Positions 45,412 to 55,135 of a stretch of 64,000 nt of DNA are shown here, piece after piece. The translations under genes and the position numbers were made by a program. This DNA is from a virus, in IMG/VR virus record IMGVR_UViG_3300002092_001594, positions 1 to 64,000 of that record. One strand, 5' to 3'. How positions within the stretch are numbered: the first letter of the stretch is position 1; each line of letters opens with the position of its first letter. The notes under the pieces are model-generated. The model was not told the DNA's origin. It made no database searches and saw nothing but the letters and a program-made list of their open reading frames with translations.

Positions 45412-45840
45412 TTATTTAGCTTTTAAAGCTTTAGGTGTGCTGATCTGTATTTGTTTTACAGCTTTGCCTTCTGCAACTGGGATTGTTAATACAAGCAATC
45501 CTTTATCTAGAGATGCTTCTAACTTACCTAGATCAAATTTAGTTGAAATCTTCCAAGTAATATTAAAAGAGGATCTCTTGATACCTCTATAGATTGGAGC
45601 TTCTTCTGCTTTGTTAGGTTTTTCGTATGTAATACGTAATTGATCTCCGTCGACAATGATATTAATATCTTCTTTGTCAAGGCCTACTGCGGCTACTTCA
45701 AATCGAATGCCGTCTTCTGTTTCAAAAATGTCTACTGGGTGGGTTACTTTCTGCGTAATGGCAGCAAAGTGTGATTGTGTGTCGAATAAATCTCGCCATA
45801 ATAGGTCGAATGGATCTAGCTCAAATGGTCTAAATGTCAT
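45412..45840 (-). CDS. Small heat-shock protein Hsp20
   Basis: PVDIFE, G..KEDI.I, A.L..GLL.L.IP. Confidence 0.92.
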   Translation of the reverse strand: MTFRPFELDPFDLLWRDLFDTQSHFAAITQKVTHPVDIFETEDGIRFEVAAVGLDKEDINIIVDGDQLRITYEKPNKAEEAPIYRGIKRSSFNITWKISTKFDLGKLEASLDKGLLVLTIPVAEGKAVKQIQISTPKALKAK

Positions 45841-45930
45841 TTTGTTTAGTTTTGTGTTCCCTTACGGTGAACGGTTTAAAAATTGTTTATAACTTAAGGC
45901 CTACTAAGTACCTTATTTCTCATAAATATA

Positions 45931-45994
45931 CTACTTTTTATTGTAATGTTTTCTATAGTTCATACTTATAAATAGTGTCCATCTCAGAAAACAT
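45931..45994 (-). pseudogene. Remnant of an HNH homing endonuclease 5' end with its regulatory hairpin
   Basis: Mini-ORF MNYRKHYNKK*, class II motif, ATGTTTTCT/AGAAAACAT stem. Confidence 0.5.
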
Positions 45995-46005
45995 ACTAAA
46001 GAAGG

Positions 46006-48315
46006 TCAATGGCCATCACGGAAGTTGTTTGCAACCTCAGGAATTGCAATTAATTCTACGCCATCTAGCTTAGTTGTATTTTCCATACAGTCTTGGACAA
46101 TCTCACAAGCTCTCTTAACGTCTTCAATTTTTACTTGGCAAATCAATTGGTCATGTATCTGTGCAATTACTTGTCCTACTATATTTTCCTTACGGAATTT
46201 ACGATTTATTTGTAAAGCTGCACGGTTTACTATGCTTGCTGCATAACTCTGAATTTGATAGTTTAAAACGTTATTAAGAGCATTTTTATAATCTCTATAT
46301 AATGTAGTAACTGCTTCTACTCCGTAGCTTGCTTCTATACCTTTTCTAAATTTCCAGTCATCGAGAATTTTATCTCCGAAAGCTTCATAGATTTCCTTTG
46401 CTTTAGGTAGATGTCTAATACGTCCTACCTTATTTTTAATATATCCATGCTCTTTTACAAACTTTCTAGAATTCTCTCTCCACTCTCTTAATTGCGGGAA
46501 TCCATTTAAGTAACCTTCTACAAGTCTCTCTCCTTCTTTTTTGTCTATTTTTAGAGACATAGCTAATGCATATCCTGACATACCATAAGGTACACCTAAG
46601 GCATAGCCTTTAGCAGTTTGTCTTTTAACTGGATCTACTTTCTTTAAGAAGTTAGGTGCTTGAGTATGTGCACTAACACCTTCAAGCTTTTCTGTCTTAA
46701 TAGCAATGTGAGAGTAAAAATCTAAATCGTTATTAAAAATCTCTTTTAGTCCTTGATCGCCTGCTACTGTAGCAAATACTCTAGGTTCTAGGGATGCATA
46801 GTCAGTATCAAGTAACTTTGTACCTTCATCGCAAATAAAGAAAGCTCTTACTACATTAGTATATCCTGTAAGTAAAGCCTCTTCCTGACCTTCTTCTAAC
46901 GGTTTAGGTAATTGCTGTAAGTCAGAACCGTATCTACCTGATACGGTACCATTTTGTTTAAAATACGGATAGAACTTTTCATCTTCTGCTGCATCTAAGA
47001 AACGATCAACATAAGCTGTCTTGATCTTAGTAAGCTTATTATATAAGCGTAAGTGCTTAGCCCACGAATACTTATCGCTAATAGACTGAATCATATCTTC
47101 ATCGAATTGAGGCTTACCTTTATCAGTACTTGATAATGGTTTCTCTCCTAATACATCGAAAGCAATCTTACCTAATTGATCTTTAGATTGAATATTAAAA
47201 AACTGTCCGTCGTTATCTTCCTTCCACAAAGTCATACTAACCTTAGCTACTTGCTCTTTAGTTAGATAACTTTCATCGCCAGTCATTAAAAAGTCCTTAA
47301 TAGGTCCTTCTGCAAGAGATGTAACAGCTGTTTTATTAATAGCAAACTTACCTGTTCTTTCTGATCTAGGTAATTCAATGCCGCTTTGTTCTAATAGTCT
47401 TTGTGCAAACGTACCTTTATGCTTAGGAGGGTAGGCAGTTCTAGCCTGCTCTAATATCCAGCTTCTTACTTGCGGTAGAGCTAACAACTCTTTAACAACT
47501 AAAGTAGATTGCTCTTCTAAGTCTTTTGTAATATTATCTTGAGTCTCTTGAATAAGAGCTACGTTAAGTCTAATACCGTGCTCTTCCATTGGTATAGTAA
47601 CCTCTCTATAAACAGGCATTACCTCCTCTTCAAAGAAAAAATGCTCTAATCCTTCGTCTTTAAGTACCTGTAGGAAGTGGTAGAAAATACGTAAAGTTAA
47701 ATCCGTATCGGCTGCAGCATATTTAGCGAGTATAGCCATATCTGCTTTATAAATCTCAAAGTTATCTTTCGATACGGCCCCGCCATTTGCTTTAATGCTA
47801 GCTTTTAATTCTAACTGCTCTTCATTAGCTTCTGATTCTACGTCTAGACCAATTTCCTTCTGTACCATTTTAGCAATAGATTTTAATCCAAAAGGATTAC
47901 CAAACCCAAACGCACCTTCCTCTTTAACTGTGTGTACAAGTAAGGCAGTATCAGCGTGTAGTGCTGGAAGTAAATCTATACCGTAAAAATTCTTTGTAAA
48001 TCGAACGTCAAAAGAGGCATTATGCATTACTAATTTTTTCTTTAGTAACTGACTTATAGCATACTTTGCTAATTTATCTGCATTTGTACCATCTATGCTT
48101 AGCTCTACTAATTGTTCGTTCTTCCATTCACGAATTGGCATGTAATAACCTTTACCAATCTCACCAGATACAGAAAATCCAATAATCAAACCCTTACGGG
48201 GATTCAGACTATTGGTTTCCGTATCATACGCAACGAGTTCACTATCGTTAATATGTTTAATTAAATCTTTTAGAGTCTCTTTACTATTGACCGTTACATA
48301 ACTTTTTTCTTGCAT
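46006..48315 (-). CDS. polA: DNA polymerase family A with 3'-5' exonuclease
   Basis: DTET, HNASFD, YAAAD; TVSGR, DYASLE, R..AK....G..YG, IQ, IHD. Confidence 0.95.
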   Translation of the reverse strand: MQEKSYVTVNSKETLKDLIKHINDSELVAYDTETNSLNPRKGLIIGFSVSGEIGKGYYMPIREWKNEQLVELSIDGTNADKLAKYAISQLLKKKLVMHNASFDVRFTKNFYGIDLLPALHADTALLVHTVKEEGAFGFGNPFGLKSIAKMVQKEIGLDVESEANEEQLELKASIKANGGAVSKDNFEIYKADMAILAKYAAADTDLTLRIFYHFLQVLKDEGLEHFFFEEEVMPVYREVTIPMEEHGIRLNVALIQETQDNITKDLEEQSTLVVKELLALPQVRSWILEQARTAYPPKHKGTFAQRLLEQSGIELPRSERTGKFAINKTAVTSLAEGPIKDFLMTGDESYLTKEQVAKVSMTLWKEDNDGQFFNIQSKDQLGKIAFDVLGEKPLSSTDKGKPQFDEDMIQSISDKYSWAKHLRLYNKLTKIKTAYVDRFLDAAEDEKFYPYFKQNGTVSGRYGSDLQQLPKPLEEGQEEALLTGYTNVVRAFFICDEGTKLLDTDYASLEPRVFATVAGDQGLKEIFNNDLDFYSHIAIKTEKLEGVSAHTQAPNFLKKVDPVKRQTAKGYALGVPYGMSGYALAMSLKIDKKEGERLVEGYLNGFPQLREWRENSRKFVKEHGYIKNKVGRIRHLPKAKEIYEAFGDKILDDWKFRKGIEASYGVEAVTTLYRDYKNALNNVLNYQIQSYAASIVNRAALQINRKFRKENIVGQVIAQIHDQLICQVKIEDVKRACEIVQDCMENTTKLDGVELIAIPEVANNFRDGH

Positions 48316-48318
48316 AAC

Positions 48319-49338
48319 TTATATTACTTCCTGGTTTTCTAAAAGGTCTTTTGCTTGTTGATAAGTAAGCATAAATTCTTTCTTTCTACCTCTAAACTCT
48401 TTAATAACATCTAACTCTTGACAAAGTACAATAAAAGATCTTAAGTCTTTTTGAGAACAATCTATCTTTTGTGTCTGTACTAAAGATTGAAATTTATTAA
48501 AGGACAGGGTTTGATCACCTATTACCTTTTTACCGTTCTGATAGTATAATTTAAGTAATTTTAAGTTAAGATCTAACTGCTTAAACTTAGGAGTCTGTAA
48601 AAGTTTTTTAGTCTCTTCGTAACTGCCTAAAGTATAAAAAGCATCAAAACCTACACCAATTAGAACAATTAATTCAAGAAAAATTGTTATAAAGAGGAAT
48701 GCAGTTGAGTTTTCCAAATTCTTATCCACAGCGGTGTTCGCTTTGGCTTGTGTTTTCGTTTCAAGCTGTTGTACCTTAGCATCTTTTGCTTGCTGCAAAG
48801 AGTTAACAACTGAATCTCTATAAATCCTGTCAGCCTTTCTGCTTCCAGGTTGGCTACGGTAATAGGCAATTTCTTTATCATAGTATTTTGCTATTGAATC
48901 TGCTTTTTGATTAGATGTTGAATCTACTGCTGCAGTTATCATTTCTGAATTATCTACAAGTCTATGTGCGCCTTTAATGGATAGGTAAAAACTTCCTGCT
49001 ATTAAGAAAGAACATATCATACCTCCTATAAAGATTTGACCTGTAAGTTTTTTTACCTGTAATATGCCTGTAAAGAATTGCTCTAATGTAAATCTCTTTG
49101 TTAACTCATATCCTGTTAGAAATAAAGCTATAAAAACTGTAAAAAATATTTCTTGAAAAGGAAATAAAGTAGGTATGGAGTTTGTGACAGACTTAACAAA
49201 GAAATATCCAAAATAAATCAAAAAGATATTACCGAGAAAAGAAAAGTAGTACAAGATCCTATCAAGGGTTATATAATTCTGTTCAAGCTTAAATACTTCT
49301 AACTTAAGACGTAACCTGTTAAATTTATCTATTTTCAT
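48319..49338 (-). CDS. Multi-pass membrane protein with coiled coil
   Basis: 3 TM, coiled coil, 1 TM, then a soluble domain. Confidence 0.65.
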   Translation of the reverse strand: MKIDKFNRLRLKLEVFKLEQNYITLDRILYYFSFLGNIFLIYFGYFFVKSVTNSIPTLFPFQEIFFTVFIALFLTGYELTKRFTLEQFFTGILQVKKLTGQIFIGGMICSFLIAGSFYLSIKGAHRLVDNSEMITAAVDSTSNQKADSIAKYYDKEIAYYRSQPGSRKADRIYRDSVVNSLQQAKDAKVQQLETKTQAKANTAVDKNLENSTAFLFITIFLELIVLIGVGFDAFYTLGSYEETKKLLQTPKFKQLDLNLKLLKLYYQNGKKVIGDQTLSFNKFQSLVQTQKIDCSQKDLRSFIVLCQELDVIKEFRGRKKEFMLTYQQAKDLLENQEVI

Positions 49339-49339
49339 A

Positions 49340-49534
49340 TTATAATTCTTCTATTACTCCAAAGCATTCTGCAATAAAGAATAAACAGCCTCCTATAAAG
49401 AAACTGCCGTACATTAATGCTGCACAGCCAAACATTCTAATACCTGATTTTAATATACTTATTCTAAAGTGTTTAGTTGTTTTTGATTCTTTTGGTTGCA
49501 TATTACCTTTGTTTATCGCCTTGGAATTGGCCAT
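49340..49534 (-). CDS. Small membrane protein
   Basis: HF.IS..KS..R, AE..G..EEL. Confidence 0.6.
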   Translation of the reverse strand: MANSKAINKGNMQPKESKTTKHFRISILKSGIRMFGCAALMYGSFFIGGCLFFIAECFGVIEEL

Positions 49535-50012
49535 TATATAAATTTTCTTGATCTACTTCTTCGCATTTATGGAAGTATATTTGAGCTACTCTCGCATCTT
49601 CTTCGATAAATATAGTTTCATTTACTCTCATTACACATCCCATAAATTCTGTTTCGAATCCTGGATCGAATACTGATGAATGTATAATAGTACCGTTTCT
49701 TAATAAAGAAGATCTCTGTCTAATTAAACCTACATAGTCTGCAGGTAATTTACATCCTTCCCAGAAAGTAATTTCATAAGTACCGGGATACAGTATCCAT
49801 CCCTGCTCCCCGTCTAGCTTTACTTTCTCTACATCAGAGTAACCTGCTAGGGTAGTTTTATTCTTTAATACTATCCCAATTTTGTCTTGAGGATTAGCTC
49901 TAATTTGCTTTACTGTCTGTAAAGATAAATCGTAACCTACTTGAGCTTTCTTACCTTTCGACTGCTCTAATTTAAGCAATCCTTTTTCTGTTATTTGATC
50001 TGCGTTTAACAT
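49503..50012 (-). CDS. Trimeric dUTPase/dCTP deaminase family
   Basis: GYDL, RSSL.R.G, DPGF, RVAQ, YNGQFQ. Confidence 0.85.
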   Translation of the reverse strand: MLNADQITEKGLLKLEQSKGKKAQVGYDLSLQTVKQIRANPQDKIGIVLKNKTTLAGYSDVEKVKLDGEQGWILYPGTYEITFWEGCKLPADYVGLIRQRSSLLRNGTIIHSSVFDPGFETEFMGCVMRVNETIFIEEDARVAQIYFHKCEEVDQENLYNGQFQGDKQR

Positions 50013-50014
50013 AA

Positions 50015-50182
50015 CTATTTTTTCTTTTTTGTATATGGAAACATTCTATTTAGAATATTTTTTCTTCTAGTACATCCACAATCTTCATACCCAAGCATAT
50101 GGGCAATCTTATCTGCTAGTCTATCAATATAGAAAAACTTTAGCACTTTAGCAACTGTATCTCCTAATCCTTGTGATTTCAT
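50015..50182 (-). CDS. Small hypothetical protein (55 aa)
   Basis: Manual translation MKSQGLGDTVAK...DCGCTRRK..LN..FPY. Confidence 0.65.
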   Translation of the reverse strand: MKSQGLGDTVAKVLKFFYIDRLADKIAHMLGYEDCGCTRRKNILNRMFPYTKKKK

Positions 50183-50892
50183 TATTTACGTGGGTATCCT
50201 TTAGTAAATTCATAAAATTCTGATCTAGCTGAATCTTCGTTTAAAAAAGAGCCGCTTAACTTAGAGGTTTTCATACTAGCACCTTGATGCTTAACTCCTC
50301 TACAGCTTACACAGTTGTGAGTTGCTTCAATCATTACTGCTACACCGATATTATCAGTACAGATTTGATTTACTGCATTATGAATAGCTACAGTTAATTG
50401 CTCTTGAATTGCACCTCTTCTACTAAAATGCTCTACTATACGATTTAATTTACTTAAACCTACTACTCTACCTTCTAAAGTAGGAATATAAGCAATATGG
50501 CATAAACCGTTAATAGTCTGATGATGATGAGAGCACATACTCGTGATAGGAATACCTCCTTCAAATACTACTCCGTCATAACCGTCAGAAGGAAACGAAG
50601 TAACAGAACTTAAATGTTCATATCTACCTTTCCATAAATCGTTTACGTATGCTTTAGCTACTCTCATTGGAGTATTAGAACTATTAGGATCATTTTCCCA
50701 ATCTACACCTAATGCAGTTAAAAAGGCTCCGTAGTGTCTAGCTGCTTCTACGGTAATTTCGTACTTATCAGTCTGGCTTAAACCAGGCTTACCGTTTTTG
50801 ATTGCTTCCTCTAATTGTAAGCTAATACCATTAGCACAGCCTGCTTTAGCTAATTCTAAATCGTCAATGTTTATATTTTTATCTCTTGTCAT
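50182..50892 (-). CDS. folE: GTP cyclohydrolase I
   Basis: TP.RVAK, SMCSHH, GLSKL.R, QE.LT, H.C...RG. Confidence 0.95.
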   Translation of the reverse strand: MTRDKNINIDDLELAKAGCANGISLQLEEAIKNGKPGLSQTDKYEITVEAARHYGAFLTALGVDWENDPNSSNTPMRVAKAYVNDLWKGRYEHLSSVTSFPSDGYDGVVFEGGIPITSMCSHHHQTINGLCHIAYIPTLEGRVVGLSKLNRIVEHFSRRGAIQEQLTVAIHNAVNQICTDNIGVAVMIEATHNCVSCRGVKHQGASMKTSKLSGSFLNEDSARSEFYEFTKGYPRK

Positions 50893-50900
50893 ATTCTATA

Positions 50901-51410
50901 TTATAAGTATTTTGAAATCTGCTCTAAACGCTCTTCTACCGTACCTGTTAAAGTTACGACTTTTTCTGCAGGGATATACTCTGCTATAAACTTTTGTATA
51001 ATTCCGTCAATCTTAATCTGTAACTCAGCACTTAATCTATCTGGATCATCTACAAAGTCAAACTCGATAGGAATATAAAAGAAGTATTCTACTTGATCTT
51101 TAGTCTTTTCAAATAACTCTCTAATCTCGTCAATATTAACATTAGGAGTTAAGATTCGTGAATAGATAATACAATCTACTAAACTACGAGTACTAATTAC
51201 ATTTTTATGAGTTAAGTAGTTTTGATAAGCCCAAGCAGATAGCTCGTTAATTGCATACTGCTTCTCGTCGTTAGATAACTCTAACATTTTACCAATTTTA
51301 ATTACAGGACGAGAAAACCCGTCGGTAACATAATAATCAGGAAAACTGGTAGATACCTCTTTTAATAAGGTAGTTTTACCAGTTCCGTGCGATCCTATTA
51401 ATATCTTCAT
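50901..51410 (-). CDS. P-loop nucleotide-kinase-like protein (AAA_28/NadR-like)
   Basis: GSHGTGKTT, TRS.VD..IY, D..R lid, G.VEER. Confidence 0.75.
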   Translation of the reverse strand: MKILIGSHGTGKTTLLKEVSTSFPDYYVTDGFSRPVIKIGKMLELSNDEKQYAINELSAWAYQNYLTHKNVISTRSLVDCIIYSRILTPNVNIDEIRELFEKTKDQVEYFFYIPIEFDFVDDPDRLSAELQIKIDGIIQKFIAEYIPAEKVVTLTGTVEERLEQISKYL

Positions 51411-51432
51411 AAGTATCTTTTAGTAAAAATAG

Positions 51433-52002
51433 CTACTTTTTATCGAACTTCCAAATATTAGTAAAGAAATGTACCCAGGAATTTAAGGAAGTCTCTCGAA
51501 GTATAGCATAAGCTTCGTCTATAGTATTTGCTCTATTTACAACTTGATAAGCGGATACAACCTCGCCAGCATCTAATTCCGGAATCACCTTATGCACTAC
51601 TGATCCGCAGTAAGGATACTTTTCTTGATTTCCGGCAACGTCTTCTTGCTTGTTAAATCCTTTTAATTCCGGGTACATAGTAATTAAAGCCGGATGTCCA
51701 TTATAGGCAGCTCCTTCTAAGTACGGAAAAAGCTCTGCTGGAAGTATTCTTAAATATCCATGTAAGGTAATTAGTTCTTTTAAGTTAATTCTTGTACGTA
51801 AGTAGTCTACTATAGAAGGTCTACGAGGTATAGTATGTATCTCTACGTTATTTTCCCCAAAGATCTCCATGTTTCTCGGTGATATCTTTGTAATGTTATT
51901 AGTTACTACTAAACTAGGGAGAATCCTAAGCTTTTCACTAATAGCTACTACTTCAGAACCTGTCTGAGATATTAATACCCCCCAGCCGTTTAATACTTTC
52001 AT
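51433..52002 (-). CDS. PurN-like formyltransferase (DpdN-like preQ1 formyltransferase)
   Basis: ISQTGS, GYLRIL, NGHPAL, G..VH.V..ELDAG. Confidence 0.85.
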   Translation of the reverse strand: MKVLNGWGVLISQTGSEVVAISEKLRILPSLVVTNNITKISPRNMEIFGENNVEIHTIPRRPSIVDYLRTRINLKELITLHGYLRILPAELFPYLEGAAYNGHPALITMYPELKGFNKQEDVAGNQEKYPYCGSVVHKVIPELDAGEVVSAYQVVNRANTIDEAYAILRETSLNSWVHFFTNIWKFDKK

Positions 52003-52919
52003 TACTGTCCCATTGCTTTTCTTGTATAGTAACCTGTATCGATTAATGCACGTGGAATTAATTCCTCTCTAGTTGCACGAACAGGATTGATATCTAATGA
52101 ACCGCGTCTTGCATATAATAACATTACTACGCAATCTTTAACTTCAGGATGCTTTGTAATAGCTGTAAATAACTTCTCACTGCAGAACTCATGGAACTCG
52201 TTTACTTCACGTAATGCAATTACTTCTTTTAATAAACCTTCTAAATCCACTCTGCCTTTTCTAGTAGTAATATGGAAGTAAGCAGCGCCTGTATCTTTTT
52301 GCTTTGTATGTCTACATCTTGATCTTAAGATACCAGTCATTACAGATACGTCATCAGATGTTTCGGCAGGAATAATATTAAAATGACTCTCTTTACCAGA
52401 GTAATCTGTAATCTCTAATTCTTCTAATTTCTTATTTCCTAATAAGCGAAACAGATCGTAGTATCCATCTCCTGGATCACCTTCAAATAATACTTGTTCA
52501 CCCTCTCTAAAGAATGATACTTCTACCTCTTTACCAATACACTCGCTAATATCTTTCTTTACTTGATTCTCATAATTTTCAATAGCATCATGAATCTTAT
52601 CGCCCATCTTACACATATCAAATGTATTGAGGTATAATTTAAATGATTTAGACTCTACCATAAATTCTGAATCAGCAGGGCATATTATTTTTAACGTACC
52701 TGCGATAGGTAATCCATTATCTAATAAAAAGGTTGCTTCATGACAATGCCACGTATCGTAGCCTACAAATTCATCTCCTTTAATATTCCAATCACCACGA
52801 GCTAATGCTCTTGGCATAGGATTTAATTGGCTAGGATCAAAGGTGTCTGTATAGACTGCATATGAGTTAGCTGAACCTAAAGTTTTAGCAGCTACCTCTG
52901 ACATATTACTTGCTGACAT
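52002..52919 (-). CDS. queF: NADPH-dependent preQ0 reductase, bimodular
   Basis: VESKSFKLYLN, SRC..T.Q.D, FHE.C.E, YARRGSLDINP.R. Confidence 0.92.
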   Translation of the reverse strand: MSASNMSEVAAKTLGSANSYAVYTDTFDPSQLNPMPRALARGDWNIKGDEFVGYDTWHCHEATFLLDNGLPIAGTLKIICPADSEFMVESKSFKLYLNTFDMCKMGDKIHDAIENYENQVKKDISECIGKEVEVSFFREGEQVLFEGDPGDGYYDLFRLLGNKKLEELEITDYSGKESHFNIIPAETSDDVSVMTGILRSRCRHTKQKDTGAAYFHITTRKGRVDLEGLLKEVIALREVNEFHEFCSEKLFTAITKHPEVKDCVVMLLYARRGSLDINPVRATREELIPRALIDTGYYTRKAMGQ

Positions 52920-53688
52920 AATTGCGGAATGTTTTTATATTTTTAAAAATAAGATCTGTCTGTTCTTTTGTTAACTCAATATCTAAATTATCTGCTAATT
53001 TAGCTTTTGGTTTAGGTTGAATTAAACCATGAGGACCTAATTCATTACCTGCCCAACCGTTAATAACAGGTGAGCTAGTATCTAATGAGTATACTAATCC
53101 TCTGAGAGCAATATGAAGACTATTAATTAAAATAAACTCTACTGGATTTTGACAGCCTAATAAATGAAACTTAGGTAATCCAATCCCCATATTGAATCTA
53201 TTCTCATACCACCAATTTAAGAATCTAAATCTTACTGTTACATAATCTGATTTTTCAATTAAATCGAAAGGTAATGCAATAATATCTACTCTCTCAGTTA
53301 AGTAGTAATCTATACAATCAGCAATTTCTTCAAAAGTATCGCCTTGACATACACCAATATATTTTTGTCCTTCTACTTTAAAGTTTGCTAAATACTCTTT
53401 TGCATTATCTAAAGTTTGCTTATGGTTATTAACTACATCAGGAAGTACGAGATGGGTAGGTTTATATTCCTTACCCAACTCATAAAGTTCTTCCATTGGT
53501 ATAGATCTGCCTAATTCAAATGCTGAATTATCTAATATAGAGTAATCGGCTGCTTTAAGCTTTTCTTTATAAAAGTCAGCATATTCTGTATCCAGGCTTA
53601 ATAAATGACCTAGTACATAAGGGTAATCGCTTACCTCATCATGACGGTCAAATAAAGCTTTCGGTATTTCGTGTGAAATTAAAGGCAT
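52906..53688 (-). CDS. Divergent TGT-fold guanine transglycosylase (DpdA-like)
   Basis: ILDNSAFE, LPD, GVCQG, FHLLG, SLDTSSP; lies between queC and queF. Confidence 0.7.
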   Translation of the reverse strand: MPLISHEIPKALFDRHDEVSDYPYVLGHLLSLDTEYADFYKEKLKAADYSILDNSAFELGRSIPMEELYELGKEYKPTHLVLPDVVNNHKQTLDNAKEYLANFKVEGQKYIGVCQGDTFEEIADCIDYYLTERVDIIALPFDLIEKSDYVTVRFRFLNWWYENRFNMGIGLPKFHLLGCQNPVEFILINSLHIALRGLVYSLDTSSPVINGWAGNELGPHGLIQPKPKAKLADNLDIELTKEQTDLIFKNIKTFRNYVSK

Positions 53689-53691
53689 AAT

Positions 53692-54597
53692 TTATTTTTT
53701 ATATTCTGATAATACTTTTTCTACTGCTTCTTTAGCTACTTCCCATGTTACTGGTCCTGTTTCGTCAGCATATGCTACAGGATCAGGACGTCCTAATTTA
53801 ATGAATGCTTCAATACGCTCTACTGATGCTGCTGATTTGTAATCAGAATACCACTTTCCTACGAGTTCTACTTCTGAGCTAAATAACCCACTGCTTAAAT
53901 CTCCCTCCCACGACTGAATAAAAATTGGTTTATAAGATGTATTTGTACGCTTATATACTTCATCAAAATCAAGACCTAACGCCTCACATGCTCTTAAACC
54001 GTCTTCTAATATCTCAAATTTATTTACTTCTAAGTAAGGAGTATAAACTGATACTAAGTCAGTATCCCAGTTACCTATTTTAAATGCTTCGAAATCAGCA
54101 TCTCTAAATTCTTGACGACAGTCAGGATAGATAGCATGATCACCTGCGTGAATACCCATTGCAATAGCTATAGGCTGTCCTACAGTACAATCATCTCCAA
54201 TATTATTAGTAGCAATCGATAATGCTGCTGCTTGAATTAAAGATGAAAATATTTTATTACGATTAGGTACAACAGTTGCTTTCATATTGTCTTGCTCGTA
54301 ATGTCCTTCTGGTACATCTGCACCACCTGTTACTAGAGTTGAGTTTAATAATTGCTGTAACCCGTCTAATTTAATAACTTGATACTTTACTTTGTGATAT
54401 GTTATATTTTCTGCTTCCGAATCATAACCATTGTTAATGTACTCAACTAATGATTTAGCACGCTCTAATTCTACTTTGTGCTTTTGACCGTAATCAAAAC
54501 CTAATGCTGTTACTTCATAGCCATTAGCTAATAGGTGTAACAAAAGAGAGGAAGAATCCATCCCACCTGATAATGATAAAACTGCTTGTTTTTTCAT
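53692..54597 (-). CDS. queC: 7-cyano-7-deazaguanine synthase
   Basis: SGGMDS, YGQKH..E, VPNRN, YPDCR. Confidence 0.95.
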   Translation of the reverse strand: MKKQAVLSLSGGMDSSSLLLHLLANGYEVTALGFDYGQKHKVELERAKSLVEYINNGYDSEAENITYHKVKYQVIKLDGLQQLLNSTLVTGGADVPEGHYEQDNMKATVVPNRNKIFSSLIQAAALSIATNNIGDDCTVGQPIAIAMGIHAGDHAIYPDCRQEFRDADFEAFKIGNWDTDLVSVYTPYLEVNKFEILEDGLRACEALGLDFDEVYKRTNTSYKPIFIQSWEGDLSSGLFSSEVELVGKWYSDYKSAASVERIEAFIKLGRPDPVAYADETGPVTWEVAKEAVEKVLSEYKK

Positions 54598-54658
54598 GTT
54601 TAAAAATTGTTAAATTTAGAGCGTATTATTTTGTAGATCGATTAGCTCTATAACCGAA

Positions 54659-54865
54659 TTATTTTTTATCTTCTTTACCGTTAAGGTCTTTTTGTAAAGA
54701 AAGTATTTGGCTTGTTATATTACCGACTAAAGTACCTAGCTGTGCCCAAATATCATCGCACTCTTTTTCTAGCTTCTTAATAAGTCTAAACTGGTAAATC
54801 TGTAATCCTGCAAGTATTATTATAATACCTAAATACAAGTGTTCTTGTGTAAGTGTAACTGTCAT
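54659..54865 (-). CDS. Small TM/coiled-coil protein
   Basis: LYLGIIIILAGL. Confidence 0.6.
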   Translation of the reverse strand: MTVTLTQEHLYLGIIIILAGLQIYQFRLIKKLEKECDDIWAQLGTLVGNITSQILSLQKDLNGKEDKK

Positions 54866-54877
54866 TAAGTAAAGGTA

Positions 54878-55135
54878 TTATTTTTTATTCGTTTCAACAA
54901 CTTCATTTACAAAATTAGTAAATTCTTTTGTACCTGGAAATCCAATAAAGTTAGGGTTATCCATTACTCTCTGTAATGCTTTAATAGTTAGATCTTTATT
55001 CTTAGTATCAACAAGTAAAGGTTCTAAAATATACTCTTCTGTCGAACCGTTTTTACGGTTTAAGTAGAATAGAGTACCTGCTGCTGCACCTAAGGCTTGG
55101 TAATACTCCTCTGCGGTAGTACTCATATTATACAT
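54878..55135 (-). CDS. Hypothetical protein
   Basis: 85 aa ORF. Confidence 0.6.
   Translation of the reverse strand: MYNMSTTAEEYYQALGAAAGTLFYLNRKNGSTEEYILEPLLVDTKNKDLTIKALQRVMDNPNFIGFPGTKEFTNFVNEVVETNKK

Noticed and set aside
51433-52002. Ordinary purN of purine biosynthesis
   Set aside because: No other pur genes; it is translationally coupled to queF inside the deazaguanine cluster
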